DNA of 64,000 bases. Source: Tubiluchus corallicola (taxonomy: Eukaryota > Animalia > Priapulida). Each line of letters starts with the position of its first letter. The stretch's first letter is position 1. The notes beneath the pieces were generated by a model. The model was not told the origin of the DNA and did no database searches. It saw only the letters and a program-made list of their open reading frames with translations. The position numbers were made by a program, and so were the translations under genes. Below, piece by piece: positions 25,859 through 37,237 of the stretch. Location: assembly GCA_030141605.1 (NCBI GenBank), contig JAQGDQ010000931.1, positions 1-64,000 on the forward strand. Reading direction: 5' to 3'.

Positions 25859-26598
25859 ATATGTTAAACTATTGAGGGACGTGATTCGTTGCTTTTTATT
25901 CAGTCAACGAGCGATGTAGCCGGTGGGAAAATGGGAGTTAAAAACGGGAGCGCCAAATCGTGAAATGGTGGCGACTTTACCAATTATACCTTGTGCTTGT
26001 AAATCACGCTTTTATTAATAAATCGTTCTAACATTTTTCTCAGACATTGAAAAAAGCCTAACTTCCTGTAAAGCTTGTACTTTCCTTTAAAGCGAAAATT
26101 TGTTTCACATGTTAATTGTGTTGCAAAAGATTTAAAACGGTAACTGAGTACATTTGTCATTTTGTGCACATTTTTTTGTTTCTGTTTTTTTTATTTTTTC
26201 GATACTTAAACTCGTGTGGTAATGAAAATCTGCTACATTCCATTCTGCCACGCATAAATTATTGCACAAAGTGATGCGAGTGTTCGATTTTCCTGGCATT
26301 ACAGTGAATGAACGAAGGAGTGGATGAATAAGTGAACGAATGAAAAACAGAAGGTGTGAATGAATAAGTAAGTAAGTAAGTAATTTATTGTCATTATAGC
26401 ATGATACATACAATGAAATTGATGGGGTTTTACGTACTGCAGTAACTTATAGAAACAACAAGGAGATTAACACAAATAATTCAATCAATAAATCAATGAT
26501 TGAATGATTAATTGACTAAGTGATGGAACGAGTAAATGTTAAGCAGCATTACCGGATGTTTCTTCTTTATTAATTAAACTTTTTTCAACATGTTGCAG

Positions 26599-26688
26599 GA
26601 GTATCTTGAAGCAGGTGCTGACATTATTGAAACAAATACGTTCAGTGGTACCAGAGTTGCACAGGCTGACTATGGAATGGAAGAGATG
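26599..26688 (+). CDS. MTR: Methionine synthase, second visible coding exon
   Basis: ttgcag|[30 protein letters not shown]|gttagt; 90 nt, phase 0-0, continues exon 23031-23231. Confidence 0.96.
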
Positions 26689-26736
26689 GTTAGTAAAAAA
26701 AAAATATCGTGTGTGTAAATCTTGTAATGTCTGTGA

Positions 26737-27266
26737 CCCTGGTTCCTAACCTTTGGGCTCCCTGTACCCCTATTTCATTTTACACTATCTCCTAGTACCC
26801 CTTTTCCCGGTATAAGCAAAATGAAGAACTAACACTGATGTAATGTCGTGAATATATTTATTGTATGTATTATTCGTAACGCTACAATCAAGCGCAAATA
26901 ATGAGAGTTCAATGAGATGGCTGCTGTTGCATAGTAGAAATTAACTTTTTGAATCGGGATTCAGTTTTCGACAGACTGACTCTCATGTCTCCGCGGATGT
27001 GATGGCGGTCTCGGGCTTTTGTCTTGATTGTCACCTTCTGCCTGCTTCACACTGCAAGAAGTTCACTGAAGCCTTACAGTGGACAGGGGTCAAGACCTCG
27101 ACCGGAAACCACGGTTTGTCTGCAAAGTCGACAGAGATGTCTTGATCACCTGCTGATTATTATATAACACTACTTTTTTAAAATTGTCTAAGAGGCTTCT
27201 GAGGTACCCCTTGTGGTGTTCACTGGTACCCCCAGTGGTACTAGTACCCCACTTTGGGAACCGAGG
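26737..27266. mobile_element. Older hAT (Charlie-like) MITE
   Basis: Imperfect TIR CCCTGGTTCCTAAC...TTTGGGAACCGAGG; degenerate TSD GTCTGTGA/ATCTATGA; internal GTACCCC motifs. Confidence 0.65.
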
Positions 27267-27655
27267 ATCTATGAGCTTCAAGCAATTTTTCTTTCTTTAC
27301 CTGTCATCAGCATCTTTACTTCTTCATAATTAAACACATATAATTTTCTGTTTTTTTTCTATATACTTTGTCATTCTTAAATGTTCATGTTTGTCTGTAC
27401 TTATCCAATTGTTCCTGTAAAGTGTTTTTTGTGTATCATCTGTGTTTGTTACTGCCTCTACCCATTTAGTTTGTTTAAACACCCAGTTGGTTTACATGTC
27501 ATTTAATTCAGGTGGATTTTTTACTGTGCAGAGTAGTTTATTTTGCACAATATTGCTTGATGAATTTAATTTGCATGTTACGCAGCATTTTACACTTGTA
27601 GTTTCTTAGTGCCATCGGCAAAAATTACTGCATAAATAATTGAAATGGTGTAATT

Positions 27656-28155
27656 CAGGGGTGTGCAAATTGCGGCCCGCGGGCCACTTGAGGCCCGCCG
27701 AGAGAATTTGTGTGGCCTGCGAAGAGATTTGTCAACCTAATGAAAGTGCGGCCCAGGCGATTAATTGAGTGTATTGAGTGTATCCAGCTGAAGTCCGTGC
27801 CATGATCCCAAAGATAGTGCGGGTAGTTTTTTCTACTAGATCGAAACCCTTACAAGACGGTTGTAGCTTAATGTCACTGTACTACACAGACTGTGTGATA
27901 CACATTACTAATATGCATTGTAATGAAATTACCACTATCTGTCCTGAAAGTAGAAATATATGGTTTGTAATATAAATTTTAATAACTTCTAAAATAGTTT
28001 CTTGAGTGTAGTAGTAATGATGTACGCAGGTCGGATGCAAAAAATCGTTATTATGTCCTACTGTACTTGGCTCCTTGATCAAACTGCCTGTGGCCCACAG
28101 GAATTGCAGGAAAGTTTAATGTGGCCCTGCTAGTCAGATAATTTGCACACCCCTG
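27656..28155. mobile_element. hAT-family MITE, copy 2
   Basis: TIR CAGGGGTGTGCAAAT...ATTTGCACACCCCTG; 8-bp TSD GTGTAATT; homologous to 7193-7682. Confidence 0.92.
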
Positions 28156-28741
28156 GTGTAATTGCCTTCTTGCCTATAGTGCATTATTATCACTAGAATG
28201 TTTACACTTAGAAAGATTGAAAGAATTGGATTTTGACTGGCACACAAAGAAAAAGTACTTACTAATGAATTATTTTGTGTCGAAATTATACAATCGAGGT
28301 TTCCAATTTCAAAGAATGGTTTAATACTTTCACCGCACCTGAATATTTGTACAAAGAGTAAAGTATAAAAAATTAAAATTATACTTTATACACAGTTTTT
28401 GCAAATTTCTTTTTTATATGTCCCTAAGTTTAAATGACAATTGTAAAATAAATACAACGTATACATCCTTTAAGAGCGCTGAAACATAGCATTCCGCAGC
28501 TCAGTTGTAACTGTAGCATAAATCACATTTGAAATCAAATTTTCTAAATAAAATCAAAATGACAACACTGCTATAGATTAAGTACTGCATCCACATTCTC
28601 ATTTATAGTTTTCTTATTTCATTAGACAAAAACACTAATGATTATAGTGGGTTGTGTACAGATAGTGTAACAGTAACAATACACATGTACCAATTTTTCT
28701 TCAATTCTAATCAACTTCCCATTATCGTGCACACACTCTAC

Positions 28742-28908
28742 TGTCATAAGGTTTCTTCTTCTGCAAATAATTACTCAATACCAGAGGATGGAGTTTAAGA
28801 AATTCGTAAAGAGTAAAGGTTCCTGTTTCTTGTGGTCCCACTACTAAAAAAATTTGGCAGTGGACTGCACGAAATGTTGTGGTTCCAGAATTCTCGGTGG
28901 TACTTATC
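28742..28908 (-). pseudogene. Fragment of a heparan sulfate N-deacetylase/N-sulfotransferase (NDST)-like gene
   Basis: Removing one T from a T7 run gives DKYHREFWNHNISCSPLPNFLVVGPQETGTFTLYEFLKLHPLVLSNY, which aligns with NDST [47 protein letters not shown]. No splice sites at either end. Confidence 0.75.
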
Positions 28909-29874
28909 ATTATGAAGATATACTGTCTTGTTTTATATTCATTTACATTACACAGACCAGAATGCACATCTTTACAACTCTGGTATATCCCTTCCAAGGG
29001 CATGCAAAATGCAATTACAATACTGTGCTGCCATCTATAGTCAAAATCAATTTACATTATGAAGATATACTGTCTTGTTTTATATTCATTTACATTACGC
29101 AGACCAGAATGCACATCTTTACAACTCTGGTATATCCCTTCCAAGGGCATGCAAAATGCAATTACAATACTGTGCTGCCATCTATAGTCAAAATCAATTT
29201 ACATTATGAAGATATACTGTCTTGTTTTATATTCATTTACATTACGCAGACCAGAATGCACATCTTTACAACTCTGGTATATCCCTTCCAAGGGCATGCA
29301 AAATGCAATTACAGTACTGTGCTGCCATCTATAGTCAAAATCAATTTACATTATGAAGATATACTGTTGTTTTATATTCATTTACATTACACAGACCAGA
29401 ATGCACATCTTTACAACTCTGGTATATCCCTTCCAAGGGCATGCAAAATGCAATTACAATACTGTGCTGCCATCTATAGTCAAAATCAATTTACATTATG
29501 AAGATATACTGTCTTGTTTTATATTCGTTTACATTACGCAGACCAGAATGCACATCTTTACAACTCTGGTATATCCCTTCCAAGGGCATGCAAAATGCAA
29601 TTACAGTACTGTGCTGCCATCTATAGTCAAAATCAATTTACATTATGAAGATATACTGTTTTGTTTTATATTCATTTACATTACAGAGACCAGAATACAC
29701 ATCTTTACAACTCTGGCATATCCCTTCCAAGGGCATGCAAAATGCAATTACAGTACTGTGCTGCCATCTATAGTCAAAATCAATTTACATTATGAAGATA
29801 TACTGTCTTGGTTTATATTCATATAAATTACAGAGACCAGAATGCACATCTTTACAGCTCTGCCGTATCCCTTC
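28908..29874. repeat. 147-bp tandem repeat, about 6.6 copies
   Basis: CATTATGAAGATATACTG at 28908, 29055, 29202, 29349, 29494, 29641 and 29788. Confidence 0.97.
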
Positions 29875-29908
29875 GAACTGATTTTTCGATCAACTTTGTT
29901 CAGTAACT
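29832..29908 (-). CDS. Candidate internal exon of an unidentified gene
   Basis: Strong acceptor cttctgttttctttcttcctatcag, open frame LLNKVDRKISSKGYGRAVKMCILVS, donor gtaatt (or gtctct 6 nt earlier). Confidence 0.45.
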
Positions 29909-30047
29909 CTGATAGGAAGAAAGAAAACAGAAGTGTTTGGATTAATAATTAATGTAAATTGTTCTGTAAGATCAAAAAGTGTTAATAATTTGTTATCTAT
30001 TGTCAGTTTATATAGTTCAGATAGCTATCAACATTTTTTCTGAAATA

Positions 30048-30233
30048 ACAACTACTACTGTAGCAGCAGTAGCAACAGTAGCAGCACTAGCAGCAACAAC
30101 AACAACAACAGCAGCAGCAGTAGCAGAACAGTAACAGCAGCAGTAGCAACAGCAGCAGTAACAACAGCAGCAGGAACAAGAGCAGCAGCAACAACAGCAG
30201 CAGTAACAGAAACAGCAACTGCAGTAACTACAA
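30048..30233. repeat. (CAG/CAA/TAG)n trinucleotide low-complexity tract
   Basis: Visible run. Confidence 0.93.
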
Positions 30234-30981
30234 CGATAAAACGTGTTAATTAGATCTCAGGGAAAATGTTCACCTATGTGGGCTGCTAGTGAAAAGAAAG
30301 GGAAAATGGGGCAAACAGCGCTACCTACAGGCGGATCAACTACTAAAATTTGACTAGAGCTATCTTTACTGCAAACGTTTTTGGTGTCTGCTGGGCAGAA
30401 TGAATGCCCTGAAGGCTAGCTGTGATGAAGGTTAGCGTTGAGGAATTTCTACACTTCACTCAGAAGTTTAGTTATTTTAATGCTGTATTTGACGTCAGCT
30501 GGTGTCTTCTGTGCAGCGTGAATGCCCTGAAGGCAAGCTGTGACGCGTTCAGAAATTTCTACAGTTCACTCACAAGTTTAGTCATTCTAATGTTGTGTTT
30601 AACTGTATTTATCTAGAAATTAGTCATTCGATCAATAATTATCATATTTAAAGTGGTCACATTGCTTTAATCTACAGGATTACACTTGAAAATCTGTAAG
30701 TAATTAACATTAATTGTGTAAATAATTAATTTATAGAGTTTTGTTGACTTTTTGATACGCATGTAAACTTGCCAACACATAATACGTACCGGGCTGATTA
30801 CTTAGTTTATAGAATTAGCTCTGCAAGTTAAAAAAAGATTCTGAAGCACCTGGTGGGTAAAATGTTTATTTTGCTGTAATTGCACGTGATGACTGTGAAA
30901 AATGCTCTTTTTTCAGAAGTTTGTGGGAGAGACATCGGCCTGGTTTTTAATTTGTTGATTATAATTCAAATGATTAGATTA

Positions 30982-31185
30982 CATGTAAAAACGTGTAACA
31001 TCACGGTCAGGTTCTAAAAGACCCACCGCCAAAAATGCCTTTTCAATATCACTAACAATAGCATACCGATGCATCCCGAAACGTAATAAAATCCCACATT
31101 GGTCAGGCATAAGTACAGCATAAACATTTGCTAAGAGAAGGACTAGCCTTATTAGCTTTAGCTGATGCGTTATACACAATTTTTA
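30982..31185 (-). mobile_element. BEL/Pao retrotransposon RT fragment (degenerate)
   Basis: IVYNASAKANKASPSLSKCL and ILLRFGMHRYAIVSDIEKAFLAVGLLEPDRDVTRF in two frames; typical BEL/Pao RT motifs. Confidence 0.85.
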
Positions 31186-34100
31186 TCCAAAGTTTCTGTC
31201 TCAAATTCAGTATCAGAAAGGTGACGTTCGTCCGCTGATTCATATGTATTTTTAACGCTTTTTCCATCTTAGCCGTTTTACTACGAGTCTGTATAGACAT
31301 GTATGCTGTAAAGTAATAGGATTAGGACACAAGATGAACGGTCACGTTTAACAATCAATCAATTTTATCAAACCCTAAAAAGTACACATGCTATACGCAA
31401 TCAAATAAAAATGAATATTTCTAGTACTAGTTAGTTATGTGCTGTATAAACGCTGAGACCTTTTCCAGCCCTTGACCTTGGAGCCGGTAGGTCAAGATTG
31501 TCCCAGATTTAAACTGCACAGCAAAATGTCCTAGTTAAACTCGTAAACCTGTAGAAAAAATTTCTGTCAGCAAACAAAGCTGTAAAATAAAATATGTTAT
31601 CAGACTATATACTATGCTAGGCTGAAAATAAAAGGTAGAAATTACAATATTTAGTTTTGCTGTCACAAATTACGTGCCTTACGAGAAGCATAAAATCAAT
31701 AATACCAAAGGCTACTATTAAAAATACAACAAACGTATGATTCAAGTTATAGCGTTATATCTTAACTATTATAGTAAGCCTTGTGCTTCTCTACAGGTCC
31801 TATCAACATCAGCTTATTTGTATCAGTAGCGCTAAACTAAATACTTTGACTCGAGCGCATATAATTTATAAAACTGCTGACTATAAAAAATATGAAACAC
31901 CCTCCCGATGGCAAAGAACTTTATGGACAGCAACAAAATTTGCAAAATTTAAGCAGCCTAGCAAGTGCTTACACTTCGAACATTTACGGATTTAATTTGA
32001 GTAAAACCGGTGTGAGGCACCATGTGAAAAATGCTCATTTTTTCATAAGTTTGTGGGAGAGACATCGGCCTGGTTCTTAATTATACAAATACGTGGAAGT
32101 GTATATAGTCTAGTATGTTTTTTATAGAGAAAGGTGCATAACGCTTAAGTCTACGAGTTGATAATTAGAATGGTTTGCTGTTACTGAAACATATAATTTA
32201 GACTAAATTTTGACTCTTAACAAAAACCTCATAAATATTGGATTAAAAGGAGTGGCCACCCAAATAAAATTTATTCACTCACAAGTTTTGTCGCAATTAC
32301 ATAGTTACTACTTATAACAGCAGTAAACCTAATTATAGATACACATCAGCACATAACCATAAAAAAACTATTGAAGAAAGGGAAAAAAATTAGCCTAACG
32401 AATTAGGCGGACCATTTGACGTCTGCTTGTAGGAAAAGCAAGCGTCAAATGCTCACCTGTACAATGGTGACGAAGGAATTTATAGCTTCGGAATGAAGCC
32501 CGTATGAATAATTCAAGGTTAACCTAATTGAATGACTCTAGATAAATTTGCAAAGGTTTCAGAACCGGAATAAACTAGTTTGCAATGCTGTAAATGAAAG
32601 GTATAATAGCAGAATAGAACTCAATCACGGGAATGCGTGACACATGCATGAATAAAACTAGAACTAAACTTAAAAAAACTGCGACATTTATAGCATCTAC
32701 CATTTACACTAATCGGTACAAAGTTCCTATTTGCTGTGATGACAGCTAGAACACGTGAGTGAGGGCTATAACTCGTTAGGATTTCGAATGTGGAAGAGGG
32801 AAACTCACCATCAATATCAAATGTTGTTAGAAGGGACTGTTTCTGTCTTTCTAGCTTTAGAGTTACTTTGTATTGATGTTTATTAACTATAAATACAGTC
32901 AGAATAGACATTACAAATATAGCCTGGTGTCAAACCATCAGTCCCTAACCCTCTCTTCTCCTCAGCTCAGAAGTTCGGCTGATATTGTTGACTCTATAGA
33001 CGCGCCCCGGGACTCTGCACATCAAACAAGGTCACCCTTATTTGGATCTATAATCTAGGCCAGTTCTTGCCTACCAACTGAAATCGGTTTTCCCCGACTG
33101 ACATGATAGATTTTTTATGAACTATAAATTATTTAAACATTGTTAAAATTTAGCTGACACATATTAGACTATACTTTGTTTTACATATAACATGACAAGC
33201 ACACAAACATGTTTTTGATTAACACTTAAAATAAACTAAAATTAGACTACACAAAAACTTTACGAAAGTATAACCTAGTGGCGCAATAACAAAACCTGCG
33301 CACCACATAAAACGAACAAATTTCTCACCAAATCCTACGACCCATTACACATATATTATGTATTGTAATGTATATTTGCTCCTGACCTTAGTAACTATGA
33401 ATGCCACAAGATTCAAGCTCGTAGCAGGTTCTCATAATGTTGTGAATCAAGTTTAGAATAAGGAATTAATTAGAAAATTTATCGGAATAATTAAATGATA
33501 AGAGTTCGGAACTAGTATACTCCTCTTTGGTTGGATAACAAAGACTGTACAATTTGATTATAAGTGGCTCACATAGCTTGTACCTTGAATTTAATGAGTT
33601 AAAGTATCAGAGGTTGGTAAATGGGAAATGTTGAAAGATTAAACAAACGCCGAATAGTTAAATGAATTCCAATGTCATTAACACACATAAAATGCGCTAC
33701 ACGCTGGCAAGAGAAATCAATTGGCAGATGGTCGGTTGGAATGGCTCATTGTTCACAGTCGGAGGATGTCATCTACTGATAATTAACCCAGTCTCCCAGG
33801 CGATATTTCAAGGTCCAAATCAATAGAATTGCTGTCTTCGGTAACACGAAGTGCCGGGAGAATCAAGGATGCCATCTGCAGGTGGTCAGCATGTCTCTGC
33901 AGTGTGTCATTGTGTCATTGACGAAATGTCAAGCTAAGTGCCTTTCGCTTCTTAAGCGTCTGTACAAGCTCGATTGTGGGTTGTTGGAGCTTGCATTGCA
34001 GAAGAGTGCGGTGTTGCAGAGAGAACTGCGAGGCGATCTTCGAAGAAGACAGAATCTCTATCTCAGAGTAGGAAGAAATCTGCGTAGTTTGTGTTATAAC

Positions 34101-34775
34101 AAACCTCTGATGCTGAGAGTCTCGTTCATTTCAATATTTTAATCTTCAGAAAACTTGTTTTCACATATCTGCCATTTCCTTCATATAAATAAAACAGTTT
34201 TTTACTTTTGCTGCAGATGATACGTAGAATAACCTCGACTCAGCAAGATTATAATTCTGCCACCAGAAGGAGGCACCTGTCTGACACTCATCAAGAGATG
34301 ATGCTAGATGAAATGTACAAACAGAAAAGAAGGTTAGTGTCAAGTTGGTAATAAGTTCTTGTAGCAGCACAGAGCAGCTGATTTCTTCAAAACTGGAATC
34401 TTTAGAACTTAGACGTTTGAAACCCTAAAATTATCTGAACTAATTTAAACGTGATTGTTGGTATCTCCACTAGGGCTACCCCTACAAATTCTCCCCTGCC
34501 AGGTTGAATTGTGCTCATTGTGTTTAATCGAACATTTAATTGATAGAGAACATATGTAGTTGAAGTGCTGAATTATTCGAATTTTACACTTGATTTGAAT
34601 TCCAAATGAAAACTCGCTCGAATCGAAGTCGAATGTTCGATGCTCACCCCTTGAATTCTACATTCAGGTGCTCCTACAGTTGAGGGCTGGAAAGCGGTTT
34701 TCTATGTGCAAAGTTGTGCAAAAGTTGTAAAAAAGAGAATATGAATAACTTAATGACGTTTTTCTAGTTTTTCAG

Positions 34776-35006
34776 ACTGAGAGATTTAGAATTGATGATG
34801 AACAAACAGCACGACTTGTTGAAGCTCGTCGTGCAAAAATTGAAATTCATTCTGAGTTGGATGAACAGGACACGGGGTGGCAGCTGACGAGTTTCAACCA
34901 AAAAACAGATTCTCATAAAGATTCAGGGCCACCCTCTGCCGCTAGACGGTGCCACCAGTGGGATAAACTGAGACATCTGGCGACCTTCACAACGACAAAG
35001 TCATAG
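34776..35006 (+). CDS. TRPA1: TRPA1-like channel, terminal coding exon (one-base frameshift in an A run)
   Basis: ttttcag| phase 2. Adding one A to the A5 run near 34835 gives (R)LRDLELMMNKQHDLLKLVVQKIEIHSELDEQD...TKS*, matching the TRPA1 coiled coil RLKDLTFLLEKQHELIKLIIQKMEIISETEDDD. Confidence 0.75.
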   Translation, partial: TERFRIDDEQTARLVEARRAKIEIHSELDEQDTGWQLTSFNQKTDSHKDSGPPSAARRCHQWDKLRHLATFTTTKS

Positions 35007-36514
35007 TTTGACCTCTGTCCATCAACGACTGTCATCAGAGAAAAACTCGGAACTCAAAGTCGTAATTCTTCAATTGATCACTAGATGTCGATAATCAGCT
35101 CTGATGATGATGAAGATTTGTGATACACCACTGTGTGTTTACTACAAAATTAGCCACTAGATGGTGCCAGTCTTCAGTATTCAAGAAACTATTATGTAAC
35201 TGACTGCATCTCGACACACAGTCGGTTATTAGATGATGCCAATGATAAAATCAGCAATTCAATCAGCAAACTTGCGTTATTACAAAATCAGCTACTAGAT
35301 GGTGCCAGCAGTCAGCATTGCCATCAGTTGCTCACAAGCATTTAATCAGATTTGAGATACTTTACAGCAAATTACTACAAAAACTGCTGCTAGGTGGCGC
35401 AGACAGTGAGCAGTCAAGTAGGCGTCGTGGCATACAGCAACATTTTACTGGAAAGTTGGTCACCATGACAACCAAATGAGAAACTGAATAAGTTCAAATT
35501 TTGTTTTTCATGCTAAATGCTGTTTTTTCTTCTGGTTGCTTGTGTAAATATATTTTTATTTTTTTTCATTTTTTTGAAATTGGACACCTGTGAACTTATT
35601 TTCATGAATATTTTGTGTAATTTTGAAAGTCGCATTGAAGGTCATTGTGTTAAATTTTTACCCAAACAGAAGAAAATCAATTGTTAGATCTTCCTTGGTA
35701 AGTAAAGGCATATAATGAAGTTTCCATGAAAGTTTAATAAAGTAATATAATAAATATTAGGCATTTAAATGTCATTATTTGATTTTTCATTTAACTATAA
35801 CCAACGTTTACAATTGTGACAATCTCTAAACGAATTTTCATGTAGCCATTTCATAAGAACTGCATTCTGTATTTTTATATTATATCTTGGAGGTTATTTG
35901 TTTTGATGTGCTATTAAATGCATTCTTTCATAATTATAAGTTTGTCAGTTAAATATTGCAGAAATTTCTTACGATTACAATTAATTTTTTTAAATTTTCT
36001 GAGTAGCCTTGCAATGCGACGTAGCCCACAAATCCACTTTGTTGTTATCTAGTCAAATTTTTATCCATCTTTAAAAGTAATAGTTATTTGTAAACTTAAC
36101 TTCATAATTAAAAGTTTTATCAATACTGTATAAACATATAATATAAACAATATAAACAATACATATAACATTTACATATTATATGAACTTTCTTTCATCT
36201 TCAGTTATTTATGAACTGATTGCTAAAATTTGTCCTTTATTCAGTATTTAAAATAAAATAGATGATGTTGTATTATATTACCTAATATTTTTATTTATAT
36301 CTTTAGTTACGTATGAAATGTACTATATACAAGAATATACCTAGAGGATAAAAGACAAATTTACAATTGTATGTAATACTAAAGCATATGTAACAAGCTA
36401 CAAATTAGATTAGTACTATACAAGGAGCATGCATTACAGGATAAGATACATATTCACAATTATACTATAGTAAAAATATATAAGGTAAGATTAGGTAGAC
36501 ATCAAACATTCGAA

Positions 36515-36599
36515 TTCGCCATTCTACTGGTCTTTACAAAAAGAAATGATTGAGTTAAACTCAATCATTTCTTTTAGCAAACACCAGTAGAATGGCGAA
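36515..36599. repeat. 85-bp near-perfect palindrome/hairpin
   Basis: TTCGCCATTCTACTGG...AAAAGAAATGATTGAGTT-A-AACTCAATCATTTCTTTT...CCAGTAGAATGGCGAA. Confidence 0.85.
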
Positions 36600-36734
36600 C
36601 TAAGAGGTTACTAAGAGGTTATTTTTTGTCTCATTAGTACACATTAGCATAATACTTTAATACTTAATCTTGTACATATACACTTGAACAACGATTATAA
36701 AAACGCCAAATATCAAAACTTCAGCTTTCAACAG

Positions 36735-37009
36735 TTAGTATGGGCGGTGGGGGTGATGGCGGGGACGGCGGGGTCTAGGTTTAGTTGGTTTGTCTATTAG
36801 TTTCTTGAGGTTGAAAGTGAAATCTGTCAAAGCTTTGAAGGCGTCAAGAATATTGCTAGAAGAGACTGGTAGACACATCTCCGGCTCATCTCTAGAGGAT
36901 GCACAAGTGGACGGGAGATCGAAAGTGGCACCGGATATGATTAGGATGTTGTTTCTATCCCAAGCAATGATGTCTCCAGGGGGGTTAAAACACGTCTCGC
37001 TTATAGTTT
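36735..37009 (-). CDS. Candidate terminal exon, pentraxin/LamG-like C-terminal end
   Basis: cttctttttcgcttag| then 90 open codons TISETCFNPPGDIIAWDRNNILIISGATF...KPRPRRPRHHPHRPY*. C-x4-GDIIAWD resembles the pentraxin C-terminal C...GNVINW motif. Confidence 0.45.
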
Positions 37010-37237
37010 CTAAGCGAAAAAGAAGACAAACTATTATTGGATGAATTACAACATCAAATTCAAAATAATCATATTCTTATTCGTTATAATCGGTGTCATT
37101 TTCAGAATAAACAATTTCAAATTCAAATTTCAAATGTGCGTGCGTGTGTGTGTTTGTGTGTGTTTGTGTGTGTGTGTGCGAGCATGCGCATGTGCTTGTG
37201 CGTGTGTGTGTAACACACACAAATGTAACTATATTTA

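Noticed and set aside
28854-29826. 215-aa and 157-aa repeat-protein ORFs
   Set aside because: By-product of a 147-bp (3n) unit; broken by a 2-bp deletion and with no recognisable domain.
33720-34390. Coding-like segment on the minus strand (RLSASEVCYNTNYADF, faintly like a transposon YHxxCY motif)
   Set aside because: Multiple stops in all frames and no motif strong enough for a call.
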